A program made the translations under genes and the position numbers. DNA of 64,000 bases. Source: an uncultured Actinomycetes bacterium (GTDB taxonomy: Bacteria > Actinomycetota > Acidimicrobiia > IMCC26256 > DASPTH01). Location: the NCBI GenBank assembly GCA_963697125.1, contig CAVOMW010000012.1, positions 6,893 through 70,892 of the forward strand, given 5' to 3'. The notes under the pieces were generated by a model. The model was not told the DNA's origin. It saw only the letters and a list, made by a program, of their open reading frames with translations, and did not search any database. Below are positions 11,866-22,800 of the stretch, piece after piece (position 1 is the first letter of the stretch; each line of letters starts with the position of its first letter).

Positions 11866-13589
11866 ATGGAGATCGTCACGCAGCCAGTCAGCCCCGACGA
11901 CATCGACCTCTCGTTCGTCGCGCGACTCGTGCCCGACCTCGAGGTGATGACGGTCGGCGACGAGCAGATCGTGGTCAGCGACGACGCCGGCGTGATGGCC
12001 CTCAACCGACCGCGGGCGCTCATCTTCGGGTTCCTCGACGGGGAAGCGACCCTGGCCGAGCTCACCGACGACTTCACCGAGGTGCTCGGCGTGGACCGTG
12101 ACGTCGTCGAGCGCGACGTGCTCCAGTTCGCTCGCCACCTCGGCGCCAACGGCCTGCTGGAGGGCGTGGCGTGGCCGCCCCCGGAGATGCCCGAAGGGTG
12201 GGACGAGGGTGAGCCGTGGGAGCCGCCGGCACCGCTCGAGGTCGGCGACGAGATCGACGACTTCACCCTCACCGATCTCGACGGCGAGCAGCGTTCGCTG
12301 TCCGACTTCCGTGGCCGCCGCACGCTCCTCGTGAACTGGAGCCCGGGCTGCGGGTTCTGCGTGACGATCGCCAGCGAGCTCGCGGCGCTCGACCCCGTCC
12401 TGACCGAACAGGACGTGTCGTTGGTGTTCGTCACCTTGGGCGACGCCGAGTCGAACCGTGCGCTCAACGAGCAGCACGGTCTGGGCGCGCCGATGCTGCT
12501 CCGCGACGGCACCGAGACCGACCCCTTCAACGGGACCGGGACGCCTGCAGCTCTGCTGCTCGACGCCGAAGGGACCCTGGCCGAGGCGATGTCGGTGGGC
12601 GCCAACCAGGTGCCGGTGCCTGGCGCGGGATCTGGCCGGACTCGACCCCGCCACTCCCTACGGTGTCGCGGCGGTCGACGAGTCGGCACCCGACGACGAG
12701 CTCGACGGCGACGAGGTGCGCGGGACCTATCTCCCGGCGCCGGGGCGATGTGCGGCCCCGGCGGAGGAGGCGGCGCGTCCGAACAGCACGCAGTGGGAGG
12801 GCACGCGCGTCTACGCGCTCGGCGAGTACCACGTCGGCGTGCAGCATGACGCCGCCGAGACCGCCGCTGTCCTCGACCGGCTCTTCCCCGACGCCCGGGT
12901 CAACGACCGGCGCTGTGCCCGACAACTACTCGGTCGCGTTCGGGCGGACTCCCACCACGAAGAGCGCCGGTTCGTCGCGGTCGCTGAAGTTGCTCGTGCA
13001 CGGCGGCCGGCAACTCGTGCGGTCGCGATCAGGGGCCGGGTGCTCGCCACGCTGCTCCAGTACCTGTCGGCCGATCTCGAGCCCGCGGATCCCAGCCTCA
13101 CCGAGGTCTACGCCGAGCGCGCTACCATGCGCGATGGCGAAGCGTTGCTCCTCCCGGGTGGGCTCTCCGAGCACGTGAAGGTGCTGCAGCCGCGGTTGGC
13201 GAAGCGTGGATTGACGCTGGTGGACACGCCACGGGTGCTGCTCGATCTCGACGCTCGTGAGCTGGTGGTGCCCGAGCCGGTCGTCGCGTTCGATCATGCC
13301 GTGATCGAGGAGCTCGACCGCGACGTGAAGCTCGGCAACGAGCTGCCCTGGGTACGGCCCGGCCGGTACCCGCTGCGTGCGTGGTTCCTCGCCCGCAGTC
13401 CGGACGACGTGGGCCCGCTGAGCCCCGCGGTGGCAGTGACGAGCACGCTCTCGATGCTCTCCACCGACGACGACGTGCGGTACGCGTGTCGAGCGCCTGA
13501 CCGACCTGTTCTCGGCAGTCGACGCGTACGGAACCTGGTACGAGAGCGCCGACGAGCTCGCCACCCAGGTTGACGCGACCCGGTCCTGA
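11866..13589 (+). CDS. Three-domain protein: PqqD/RRE + thioredoxin-fold (TlpA/AhpC-TSA, CGFC) + degenerate HprK-like domain
   Basis: ALN...IFGFLDGEATLAELTDDF...DVLQFARHLGANGLL (RRE); DFTLTDLDGEQRSLSDFRGRRTLLVNWSPGCGFC...GTPAALLLDAEG (TlpA); RDGEALLLPG...RLAKRGL (kinase-like, no GKST); C-terminal part frameshifted. Confidence 0.75.
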
Positions 13590-13608
13590 TTCGCGCGGGT
13601 CCTGACGC

Positions 13609-14724
13609 TCAACCGGTCGTTGCGATGATGCCCATCACGAGCAGCTGACGTCGCACCACGGCGCGGTTCGAGTGCGCGGCGCGCGGCGTCGAGATCGGCG
13701 GGATCGAGCGCGGCGGGCGTGCGGCGCACTGCGTCGGCCAGCGACGCGGCATCGCCGGCGCGGTAGCGCGGGCCGAGGTGGAACCGCACGACCACGTCGG
13801 CCGCAGCTGCGTCGTCGCAGCACACGACGGGCTTCCCCGCGCCGATCGCGTCCATCAGGGTGCCCGACTCGTTGCGGTAGTCGGGCGTGAAGCTGAGCAC
13901 GACGAGGTCGGCCGCGGCGAAGAGGCGGTCGCGTGTCGTGTCGTCGACGACCCCGGGAAACGTGACCAGTCTCGGGCCGGGCTCGAGCCCGTCGGCCACC
14001 GGGCCGCCGACGACGAGCGTCCAGTCGTCGAGGGTGGCGAAGGCCGCGAGCACGACGTCGCGCCGCTTGAGCGTCGGCTCCCCGAACAACAGGGCGAGCT
14101 TGCCGTTCGGCGGGAGGGCCAGTTGTCCGCGCGTGGTCGGGAACCGCGTCGACGGCGCGGACGCCGGCAACCGGCGCGACCACGGGATCCAGGGACGCCG
14201 CCGCCTCGACCCACGTCGCCCGCAGCCGCTCGTGCGCGACCACGATGCGCACCGCGCCGCCGGCGCGTCGCCGCTGCCGTTCCCGCTGTCGAACGAACGC
14301 GTCGACGAGACGTGATCTCGGAAACTCGGTCGACGACCGGAATTGGTTCACCAACCACCGCGCCCGGAGCGGAGCGAGTGCGGCGAGGAGCGCCGGCATC
14401 TCGTCCCACGCGAGGACGACGACGATGTCGGGGGCCGGCACCATCCGTCGCGCGCACGCTCGGATCTCGATCGCTTGGACGCTCGTGAGCAACCAGGGGT
14501 CGCGGAAGCGACGCCGGAGCTGCCACGCGCGGGAGCGCCACCGCTTGACCGAGAACGGCGGCGCGGGACGTTGCGCGTCGCGTGACCAACCGAGGCTCGT
14601 GAGCAGTTCGACGCGGTAGCCGAGCTGCGCGTACGCGGCGGCGAGCTCCGCGCACCGGTTCGGGAAGTGCCCGTTCGGAGAGTGGCGCGAGCGACTCGAC
14701 GATCAGGACGCTGCGCGCGGACCT
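13609..14724 (-). CDS. Glycosyltransferase (GT-B fold, GT4-like)
   Basis: RDRLFAAADLVVLSF...SGTLMDAIGAGKPVV; N-terminal VLIVE...GHF. Confidence 0.7.
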
Positions 14725-14760
14725 ATCGTCTCAGGTAACGGAGCGGCGGGGAGTCGAAGG

Positions 14761-15368
14761 TCAGCGCAGGGTGAGGCGCTTCAGGTCGAAGTACTCGCTC
14801 ACCTCGAGCGCCGACTCGAACTCGCTGCATGAGCGCCTGCGCGTCGGCGGGCATCTCGCGTTGTTCGGCGGAGCGGGCGGCGGACTCCGAGGTGAAGTAG
14901 ACGATGTCGGTGTAGCCGTCGTCGTCGTCGTGGATGGCGACGACCTCGCCGATCACGTCGGGCCGCACTGCACTCGAGGATCTTCTCCGCGTCGGCGGCG
15001 TGCGCGAACATCTCGTTCGCCTTGGCGAGGTCCTTCACCTGGCCGCGCATCACCTGGACGAAGGCGGCGTCGTCCTTGCCGCCGCCGAAGAGCGTCTCGA
15101 TGCGCGAGCAGTCGTGGAACGTCACGTCGTCGACGACCTTCTCCATCTCGGCGAACCACGCGCCCTGTTCCGGACGGGCGCTGTTCTTCGCCGCCGCTTC
15201 CGGCGACTCGAAGCGGGCGGCCACGAAGAACCGGCCGTCGTCGGTCGTCCCCTCGGTGACGCCGAGGTACCCGACGGCTCCGGGCCGGAGCTCCTCGTTC
15301 CACCGTTCACCGAGGCGTTCGAACGCGTCGAGATCGGTCACTGTGCCGCTGATCACCTGGACGAACAT
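14761..15368 (-). CDS. Conserved hypothetical protein, internally duplicated (ABM-like alpha/beta-barrel repeat)
   Basis: MFVQVISG...RFESPEAA and FVQVMRG...YFTSESAAR repeats; AAGGAG RBS. Confidence 0.65.
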
Positions 15369-15448
15369 GGCGCACTCCTTTCGCGCTGGCCCATCTGCTG
15401 CATGGCCGGAACCACGGTAGACCTGACCAGGGACGATGTCGACGGGCG

Positions 15449-16762
15449 TCACTCCTGCTGGTGCTCCCCACCGTCGATCGCGCGGCGGCTCCGGTGTTCC
15501 CCGGTTGGGAGCTCCGCTGGTACTGGGTCACGGACGCCCGGCCCATCACCAGCATGGCGGCCACCGCGGCGAGCAACCCGGGGACGATGTAGCCCGGACG
15601 ACCCGTGGTCTCGGCCACGAACATCACCGCCGCCAGCGGCACGCGGTACCCCGCACCGAGGAACGCGGCGACGCCGATGACGACGAACAGGGTGAGGTTG
15701 TGGCCGCCGACGACGCCGAACGCGACCCGGCCGAGCAGCGCGCCGGCGACGACGAGCGGGATGAACAGCCCACCGACGCCGCTGCCGGCGACGGTTGCGA
15801 CGTTGGTGAGGCAGCGCACGACCAGCACGACGAGCACGAGCCAGACCGCACGCGTGGGATTCAGGGCCCAGTCGATCGTGTGGTACCCGATCCCGATCGC
15901 GAGCGGCTTGTCGGTGAGCAACCACGTGATCGCGAACAGTGCCGCGATGGTGAGACCGCTCCCGACGATGCGGATCCACGGACTCACGTTCTCGATGAGC
16001 CACTTGGCCCGCCGCACGAGCCACGCGTACCCGCGGGCGCAGACACCGGCGGCGATCCCGAGCGCGATCGCGCCGGCGAGATCGGCGAAGGACAGCGGTG
16101 GGGCGCCGTGGGCCGCGAACACCGGCGTGATGCCGTTCACGGCGACGAACGCGAGGTAGCTCGACGCCGATGCGACCAGCGCAGGCAGCAGCATCCGCCG
16201 AGCGAGGTCTTCCTGGTAGGGCACCTCGAGCGCGAACAGGGCGCCGGTCGCGGGGGCCTTGAACACCGCGGCGACGCCGGCCGCCGCGCCGGCGACCAGG
16301 AGCACCCGTCGGCTGCTCCCTGCGGTGAAGCGCGGGAACCGGCGCTGCAGGAACGTGCCCAACCACGAGCCCAGGTAGATCGATCCGCCCTCGAGGCCCA
16401 TCGCGCCACCGAACCCGGGCGTGGCGATCGCCGCCAGCATGCGGCCCGGCATCTCGCGCAGCTTGTACTGCTTGTCGTCGTCGTGGAAGGCCTTCAGGTA
16501 GAGGTCGGTCATGCCCGCGTCGCGCGTGCCGCCGACGCGTGTGAGCAGGAGCCACGACAACGTCAGCCCGACGAGCGGCATCCACGCCATCACCCAGGGC
16601 GACAACTCGAACACCCGGTCGAGCAGCCCGTCGACGACGATGCGATCGAACCCGGCGACGGCGAATCCGGTGACCGCGCCGGTGATCGCGGCCAGCACGC
16701 ACCACTTCGTGCGAGCGACGAGCGAAGTCGCGGAAGCGACGGGTGGTCTCGCCCGGGCTCAC
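15449..16762 (-). CDS. Chloride channel (ClC family) protein
   Basis: GGAMGLEG, AGAAAGVAAVFKAPATGALFALE, GVGGLFIP, RVPLAAVMFVAETTG. Confidence 0.9.
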   Translation of the reverse strand: MSPGETTRRFRDFARRSHEVVRAGRDHRRGHRIRRRRVRSHRRRRAARPGVRVVALGDGVDAARRADVVVAPAHTRRRHARRGHDRPLPEGLPRRRQAVQAARDAGPHAGGDRHARVRWRDGPRGRIDLPGLVVGHVPAAPVPALHRREQPTGAPGRRRGGRRRRGVQGPRDRRPVRARGALPGRPRSADAAACAGRIGVELPRVRRRERHHAGVRGPRRPTAVLRRSRRRDRARDRRRCLRPRVRVARAAGQVAHRERESVDPHRRERSHHRGTVRDHVVAHRQAARDRDRVPHDRLGPESHACGLARARRAGRALPHQRRNRRRQRRRWAVHPARRRRRAARPGRVRRRRRPQPHPVRRHRRRRVPRCGVPRAAGGGDVRGRDHGSSGLHRPRVARRGGRHAGDGPGVRDPVPAELPTGEHRSRRAIDGGEHQQE

Positions 16763-17226
16763 AGCGTGTCTCCCGTGAACCACGCGGCGTCGGCGGGCTC
16801 ACCGGCGGCCTCGCCGAGCGCGTGCAGCGCGTGCACGGTCGCGGCGCGTTCGCGCGCGGGGATGTTGGCGGCGATGGTCGCGATCTCCTCCCGGCGGCGC
16901 AGGGTGACCGCGTCGACCAGCCGACGACCCTTGGGCGTGAGGCGGATCGCCACCTCCCGCCGGTTCGCGGGCGCCTCGCCGCGGTGCACGAGGCGCTTGG
17001 CCACCAGGCGGTCGCACAGGCGGGTGATGGTCGAGGGGTGGACGGCCAGCGCCTCGGCCAGCCCGGTGGGTCGTTGCGGGCCCCGGCTGGCCAGCACCAC
17101 CAGCGCCCGGTACTGGGGGAGGGTCACGTCGTGGTCGACCGCGGCGAGGGAGCGCACGGCCACCGCCACCAGCACCCGGGATGCCCGGAGGACGGCGTCG
17201 ACGACCTCCTGGTCTGAGACTTGCAT
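16759..17226 (-). CDS. MarR family transcriptional regulator
   Basis: VTLPQYRALVVL...LAVHPSTITRLCDRLVAKRLV...NRREVAIRLTPKG; GTGA overlap with the ClC gene. Confidence 0.9.
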   Translation of the reverse strand: MQVSDQEVVDAVLRASRVLVAVAVRSLAAVDHDVTLPQYRALVVLASRGPQRPTGLAEALAVHPSTITRLCDRLVAKRLVHRGEAPANRREVAIRLTPKGRRLVDAVTLRRREEIATIAANIPARERAATVHALHALGEAAGEPADAAWFTGDTL

Positions 17227-17253
17227 ACTGCAAGTATTGCACACAGCATGTAA
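17219..17253. promoter_or_regulatory. Putative MarR operator (inverted repeat)
   Basis: Perfect ACTTGCA-TAC-TGCAAGT (17219-17235) over the marR start codon, followed by a degenerate copy ATTGCA-CAC-AGCATGT. Confidence 0.6.
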
Positions 17254-17275
17254 CGCTCGATCGGTCGGCAAGACT

Positions 17276-17945
17276 GTGCCCCGTGGCCAGCGTGAGCGCG
17301 GGAGTGTCGTGTCGGTGAACGTGGGGGCGGTGCGCACGGTCGAGTGGCACGGGCGCGCGGTGACCACCGGCATCTGGAAGGAGCCCGTTCCCGGGCGGGT
17401 CGCGGTGCGGGGCGTGAACCTGGTCGGCGACGACCAGGCCGACCGGCGCGTGCACGGCGGCCCGGACAAGGCGGTCTACGCGTACGCGGTCGAGGACTAC
17501 GCGTGGTGGTCGCGCGAGCTGGGACGGGACCGTGGGCAGGAGTTGGGCCGGGGACGTTCGGCGAGAACCTCACCGTCGAGGGCATCGACCTCGGCGCGCT
17601 GGTGATCGGCAGCCGCTGGCTCGTGGGCACGACCGAGCTCGAGGTGGCACAGCCCCGGCAACCGTGCTTCAAGCTCGGGATCCGCATGGGCGACGCCGAG
17701 TTCGTCGACCGCTTCGACGAGGCCGCCCGGTTCGGTGCCTATCTCCGCATCGTCCGCGAGGGCGACGTCGGCGCCGGTGACGAGATCACGGTGATCCCCG
17801 CGCTGGCGACGGCGGAGGGAATCACGCTCGTGGAGCTCGGCACGGTGACCCGCGATGCCGATGTCGAGCTCCTCGAACGCATCATCGCCGATTCCGCCGG
17901 TGCCCGAGGGCTGGCGCGACTGGGCGCGTCGACGACCCGCCGTGA
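17276..17945 (+). CDS. MOSC domain protein (YiiM-like)
   Basis: TGIWKEP, GDDQADRRVHGGPDKAVYAY, GTFGENLT, QPRQPCFKL, YLRIVREGDV. Confidence 0.9.
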
Positions 17946-18378
17946 GCACGGCCGCGGGGTCGTCGTCCTTGGTGACGGTGAACGACGCGACCACGTGGCT
18001 GCCCTGGAAGCCGACGGTCTCCTCGACCCAGCGCCGCGCGTTCGCGCCGCGCTCGGGACTCGGTGCGGCGCTCACGATCGCGACGTCCTTGTCGTAGAGC
18101 TCGCCGCTGCCGACCAACCAGTCGAGCGCGTTCTTGAGCGAGCCGGGCATGCCGCCGGCGTACTCAGGCGTCGCCAGCAGGACCAGGTCGGCGCCCGCGA
18201 CCGCGGCGCGCAGCGACTCGACCGGCGCGCCGCCGTCGCCGTCGGGGGTGAAGTGGGGGAGCTCACCAAGCTGGCCCCACACCTCGACCAGTTCGGGATC
18301 CAGATCGGCCAGGTCCTGCACGAGCGCCGAGTTCGCCGATGACTGCTTCAGGCTCCCGGAGATCGCGACGACACGCAC
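17920..18378 (-). CDS. NADPH-dependent FMN reductase
   Basis: VVAISGSLKQSSAN, ATPEYAGGMPGSLKNALDW; 3' end approximate. Confidence 0.88.
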
Positions 18379-18429
18379 GGGTCGGTGAACCCGGCCGCGG
18401 CCGGTGCATTCCGCGCTTCGGCTGGCCTT

Positions 18430-18600
18430 TCAGCGCTTCACGACGGGGGCGTGCATCCCGCACCGCCACGCCGACGACGTTGGAGCGGAGGAACCGGCGC
18501 GAACGTGCGGACGATCGGCACGAACCTCGCGACACGATCGTCTTCGGCCCGTGGCGGTCGAAGAACGTGTGTGATCGAGTCGATCTGCGCGGCGTCGGTG
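18430..18600 (-). pseudogene. DedA family fragment
   Basis: HTFFDRHGPKTIV..RFVPIVRTFAP is the core DedA motif; the rest of the gene is missing. Confidence 0.55.
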
Positions 18601-20935
18601 GTGGAACTGGGCGAGGTGGCTCCGCGGTGTGTCGCTCGTCGTTGGATTCGAAGAGCAGGAACGTCGTCGCGGCGGTGACGAGCGCAAGCATGATCGCGGG
18701 GATGGAGAGTCCCGGAGTCGTTGAGCGCGTACGACAGCAGGATCAGCACCGCGAGCGAGATCGCCGCCGGCCGCAGCGTCGGGCACCGCGCGACGGCAGC
18801 GACGAGCGGTCGGGGCGGCCGCAGCCAGAGGAGCACGCCGGCGATCAGGACGACGACGATCAGGACGAGATAGATCGTGCTCGAGAACGTCGCCGCGTTC
18901 TCGCCGCTCTTGCGCTCGATCACCGACGAGAAGCCCGAGAACCCCTCGTTCCCCACCTTCTCGAAGAAGCGACCGACGTGCGTTCGTTGGTCGTGCGGCC
19001 GGAGGAGGTCCAGGAAGCCGACGACGAGGCCGCTCGCGAGCAGGATGCCGACCATCGCCAGCACCGCCTTCACGGTGACCCGCCGTCCGAGCAGCAACCA
19101 CGCCAGCAGCGCGAAGCCCGCGCGGCGGCGAGGGTGCCACCGAAGTCCTGCCCGAACAACGGCGGGGTGATCGCCACGAAGGACACGACCAGCACTGCGA
19201 GGGCGATCCGCGTGCCCGACGGTCGTTCGGAATCGCCACGCGACGAAGGCGGCGACGAGCACCGCAGCGGTGGCGAGGAGCGCGGACGACTGGTTGCCGA
19301 TGCCGGAGAAGCGGATCCCGACCGTCGCCGAGTAGCCGAACACCGAGTTGAACTCGAGATGGCCTCCCGTGAGTTGGTCGACGACGTTCACCGCGAGCAG
19401 CGCGCCGAGTGCCCAGAGCAGCGCGTCGAGCTCTCGCCGGCGCGCCGAGGAGTCGACAGAGCGCGGCGAACACGACGGCGAACACGAGACGAACGATCCA
19501 GAACGCCGCCTTGCCGCCGTGTTCCCCGAAGTGGAACAACGTGGCCGGCATCGTCGCGAGGAGGAAACCGATGAGCGCGAGCGCCACCCACTGGAACACG
19601 GGCGGAGCCACGGGCGACGCTGTAGGAACGACCGGCACAACGACGAGGAGCAGCGCGCTTGCGACGGCGAGGACGATCGCGGTCCACAGGACGGCCGCGG
19701 TCACCGGGTTCACGAGGTCGTCGCGGAGGAGACCGTCGGCGTTCGCTTGCTCGAGCAGCGCCCGCCGGTCGGCGGCGCTCGCCCTGCCCGGCGTCGTCGC
19801 GCATCGGTCGTCCCTCCATCGACTCGGCGCGGCGACGCCGAGCTGGTCGAGGACGGTGGGCGCGACGTCGGCGAGGGTCACGAACCCAGAACGGCGGGTC
19901 GTCGCCGATCGGAGCAAGCCCGGGTCGACGCCGGGAGCCCGCGAGCCCGGCCACGGTGAGCGACCGGTTGCCGGTGGGCGGCACCGGCGCAACCACGAGC
20001 ACGGCATCACGCGATGAGATCGACGTGGCGGAGGAGCGCTCCCGAACAACTGGTCGCTCCAGTGGAGCGCCTGGCGACGGAGCCGGACGCGCCGTCGGCG
20101 GTGGCGAACGACGACGCACGATCGGCCCGGACGAGGTCGGACGCCTCGACCAGTGCGACCGAGCTCGGTCCGTCCACCCGTCGAGCGAAGGCACGTCGAC
20201 GACCGCGCGTTGGTCAAGTCGCTCGCCGAACGGCGCCGCGGCGTCGTGCTCGAGCAGCGAGCGGGAGACTGCGCCGTCGGCGAGGCGACCATCCTCGCCC
20301 ATGAGCGAACCGACGGCCGAGCGGGCGTACGCCGGAGCGGACGCGGTCGCGTCCGGTGGCACGCCGTCGCCGTTCGCGACGACCGACCGTCGAGTAGCCG
20401 TGGCCGTGAGCGTGTCACCGAGCGCGCCGGGGACTGCGCCGTAGAGCAGGAAGGAGTTCGCGCCCTCGATGCGGGCGATCCCGAGGTTGACGATGCCGGG
20501 CCCGGGCGGCGCTCGCCGGTGCGCTGCCGGTAGGCGGCACCGGCCGACACCGTGCCGAAGCGTTCGTCCGCCTCGAGGCCCTCGCCATCCGTCGCCTCGT
20601 CACCGGCTGCGCGCGTACCGGCGCCGACGGTCACGTAGGCGGCGCCGAGGTTGGCGGGCTGACGATCGGCACGCGTCGCGAGGTCGGCAATCGCGGCCCG
20701 ATCGAGGAACCGTGAGAGGTTGGGCGTAACGGCGGGATCGAGGTCGTTCCACGTGAGCGTCGGGACCGACACGATGAGCACCCGGTGAGGGACGCGCGCG
20801 CGGCCGACGGCGCGGCCTGCGCCAGCCGATCGAGGCTACGAGCACGAGGGATCGAGGTCGAGACGATCGACGACGAGTGGGCCAGTGCGGCCCACCTGCG
20901 GCCGCGAACCAAGCGATCACTGCGTTCGTCATCAT
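18600..20935 (-). CDS. Large membrane protein with an alkaline-phosphatase-like ectodomain and a multi-TM C-terminus
   Basis: VLIVSVPTLTWNDL...AYVTVGAGTRA, SATTRRSGFVTLADVAPTVL, GIRFSGIGN, THVGRF, ALNDSG; ends approximate. Confidence 0.65.
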
Positions 20936-21075
20936 CGTCAGCTCACGGATGCATCACCGGCGACATCATGGCAGGCCGTGCATCGCGCTGGGCGATGCGC
21001 AGCCACCCGAAGCGGGCGCGAACAGTACAGTTCGGCCGTGCTGCACGCCGCTGGTGTGACCTCCGGCGCTTCGCG

Positions 21076-22570
21076 GTGACCACGAGAGCACTTGCGGCCG
21101 ACGCAACGACGACCTCCGGACGCCGACGCTGTCATCATCGCGGTCTTCGTCGTCTCGCGCGTCGCGGTCTTCGCCGCCGGCGTGCGCTACGACGACGGAC
21201 TGCTGCACAACGCGTACCAGCTGCTCGACGTCCGACTGCTCCGCGACGAGCCCGTTCACGAGCATCTTCTACCTGCACAGCCAGCCGCCGCTGTTCAACC
21301 TCTTCACGGCCGCGATCGTTCGGCTTCCCGGCGGCGCTCGTGCAGAGTGCGCTCGCGCTCATCTGGGCCTGTCGCCGGACTCGCCACCGCGCTGCTGCTG
21401 TTCGCCACCATGCCGCGCCTCGGCGTCCGCCCTGGTTGGGCGATCGTCGATCGTCTGCGCTCTTCCTGATCGCGCCGGAGACGATCCTCACCGAGAGCTG
21501 GTTCTTCTACACCGAGCTCCAGATGCTCGCTGACCGCGCTCGATCGCTGTTCGCGCTCGCCCGCTTCGCCGCCGATCGCCGCACGTGCGACGGACTGATC
21601 TTCGCCGGCTAGCCTCGGCGCACTCGTGCTGCTGCGCAGCTCGTTCCACATCGTGCTCATGGTGCTGGTGCTCGTGGTCGTGTGGCGTCAGCTCTCGCTC
21701 TCGACGCGCCAGCATCGCCGCCATCGCCGCGGTGCCGCTGGTGCGTCGTCGGCGCGTGGTCGGTGAAGAACGTGTCGTGTTCGACAGCTGGACGAACAGC
21801 TCCTGGCTGGGGATGAACCTGTCGTACATCGCGCACGCCGGGCGTGTCGCAGTCGGAGTGTCGCACGACTCGTCGCCGACGGCACGGTGAGCGCGTCTGC
21901 GTGCCGCGTCGCGTTCCGCGCGCCGTCGGCGTACACCGCCGCGTTCCCGCACCCGACGCACTACGGCGATCGCCGCGACCGATCGCCTGTACAAGTCGAC
22001 CGGCAAGCCGAACTTCAACGCGTCGCTGTACACCGACGTCGCGTCGCAGTACCAGCACGACTCGGTCGAACTGCTCCGCCACGGCGGCGCGGCCGCGATC
22101 ACACGCGCCGAGCTCGCGGCGTACACCGTGTGGGCCGAGCCCGGTGACGACTCGCTCCAGCTCCGCGCCGATCGTCGTCCGATCGCCGGGTACGCCGACT
22201 GGTTCGATCGTCTCGTGCTCCTCCGCCCGGTCGCGACGGGATGGAACGACCCGGCGCGCTTCACCGCTCGAGCGGTCGCGTTCCCGTGGGGCGAAGCGCT
22301 CGGATCGATCAGCTACACGCTCCTGGCCTCGTCGCGTTCGCGGTCTACGGCGTCGTCGCCGGCTGGCGCCGCCGCCGGCGCGACCGGGTGCTCCGCACGC
22401 GTCGTGCACGGTCGCCGGCGATCCTGCTCGTCATGGTCGGTCGTGGTCGGCAACGCGCTCGACTACCGCGAGAACAACCGATTCCGGGTCGAGGCCGGGC
22501 CGCTGCGTGCTCGTCCTCGCCGCGGTGGGGCTCGAGCTCGTGCTCCGGCGCGTCACGAACCGGCGTCGCG
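21076..22570 (+). CDS. Membrane protein, putative GT-C-fold glycosyltransferase
   Basis: YQLLD..LLR...YLHSQPPLFN, ESWFFYT, SSWLGMNL, ENNRFR; multiple TM segments; frameshifted. Confidence 0.55.
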
Positions 22571-22800
22571 GCGACGGCGGGCCGACCACGGTGCACCCCA
22601 GCGCCAGCCCCGTCGCTGCGATCCCGATGAGCCCGAGCCACCACCACGGCGACGGCGAGCACGACCTGGTTGTGCACCTCGACGAGGCTCACGAAGCTGA
22701 GCGTCGTCAGCCCGACGCCGATCAGCGAGCGTCGACCAGCGGGCGACGGCGATGCGAGCACGGCTCGCGCGGTGGTGCGCACGACCGAGGATCCTCGCGC

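Noticed and set aside
22550-22790. Possible small two-TM protein on the minus strand
   Set aside because: Plausible hydrophobic stretch, but it is frameshifted and has no clear start, stop or family.
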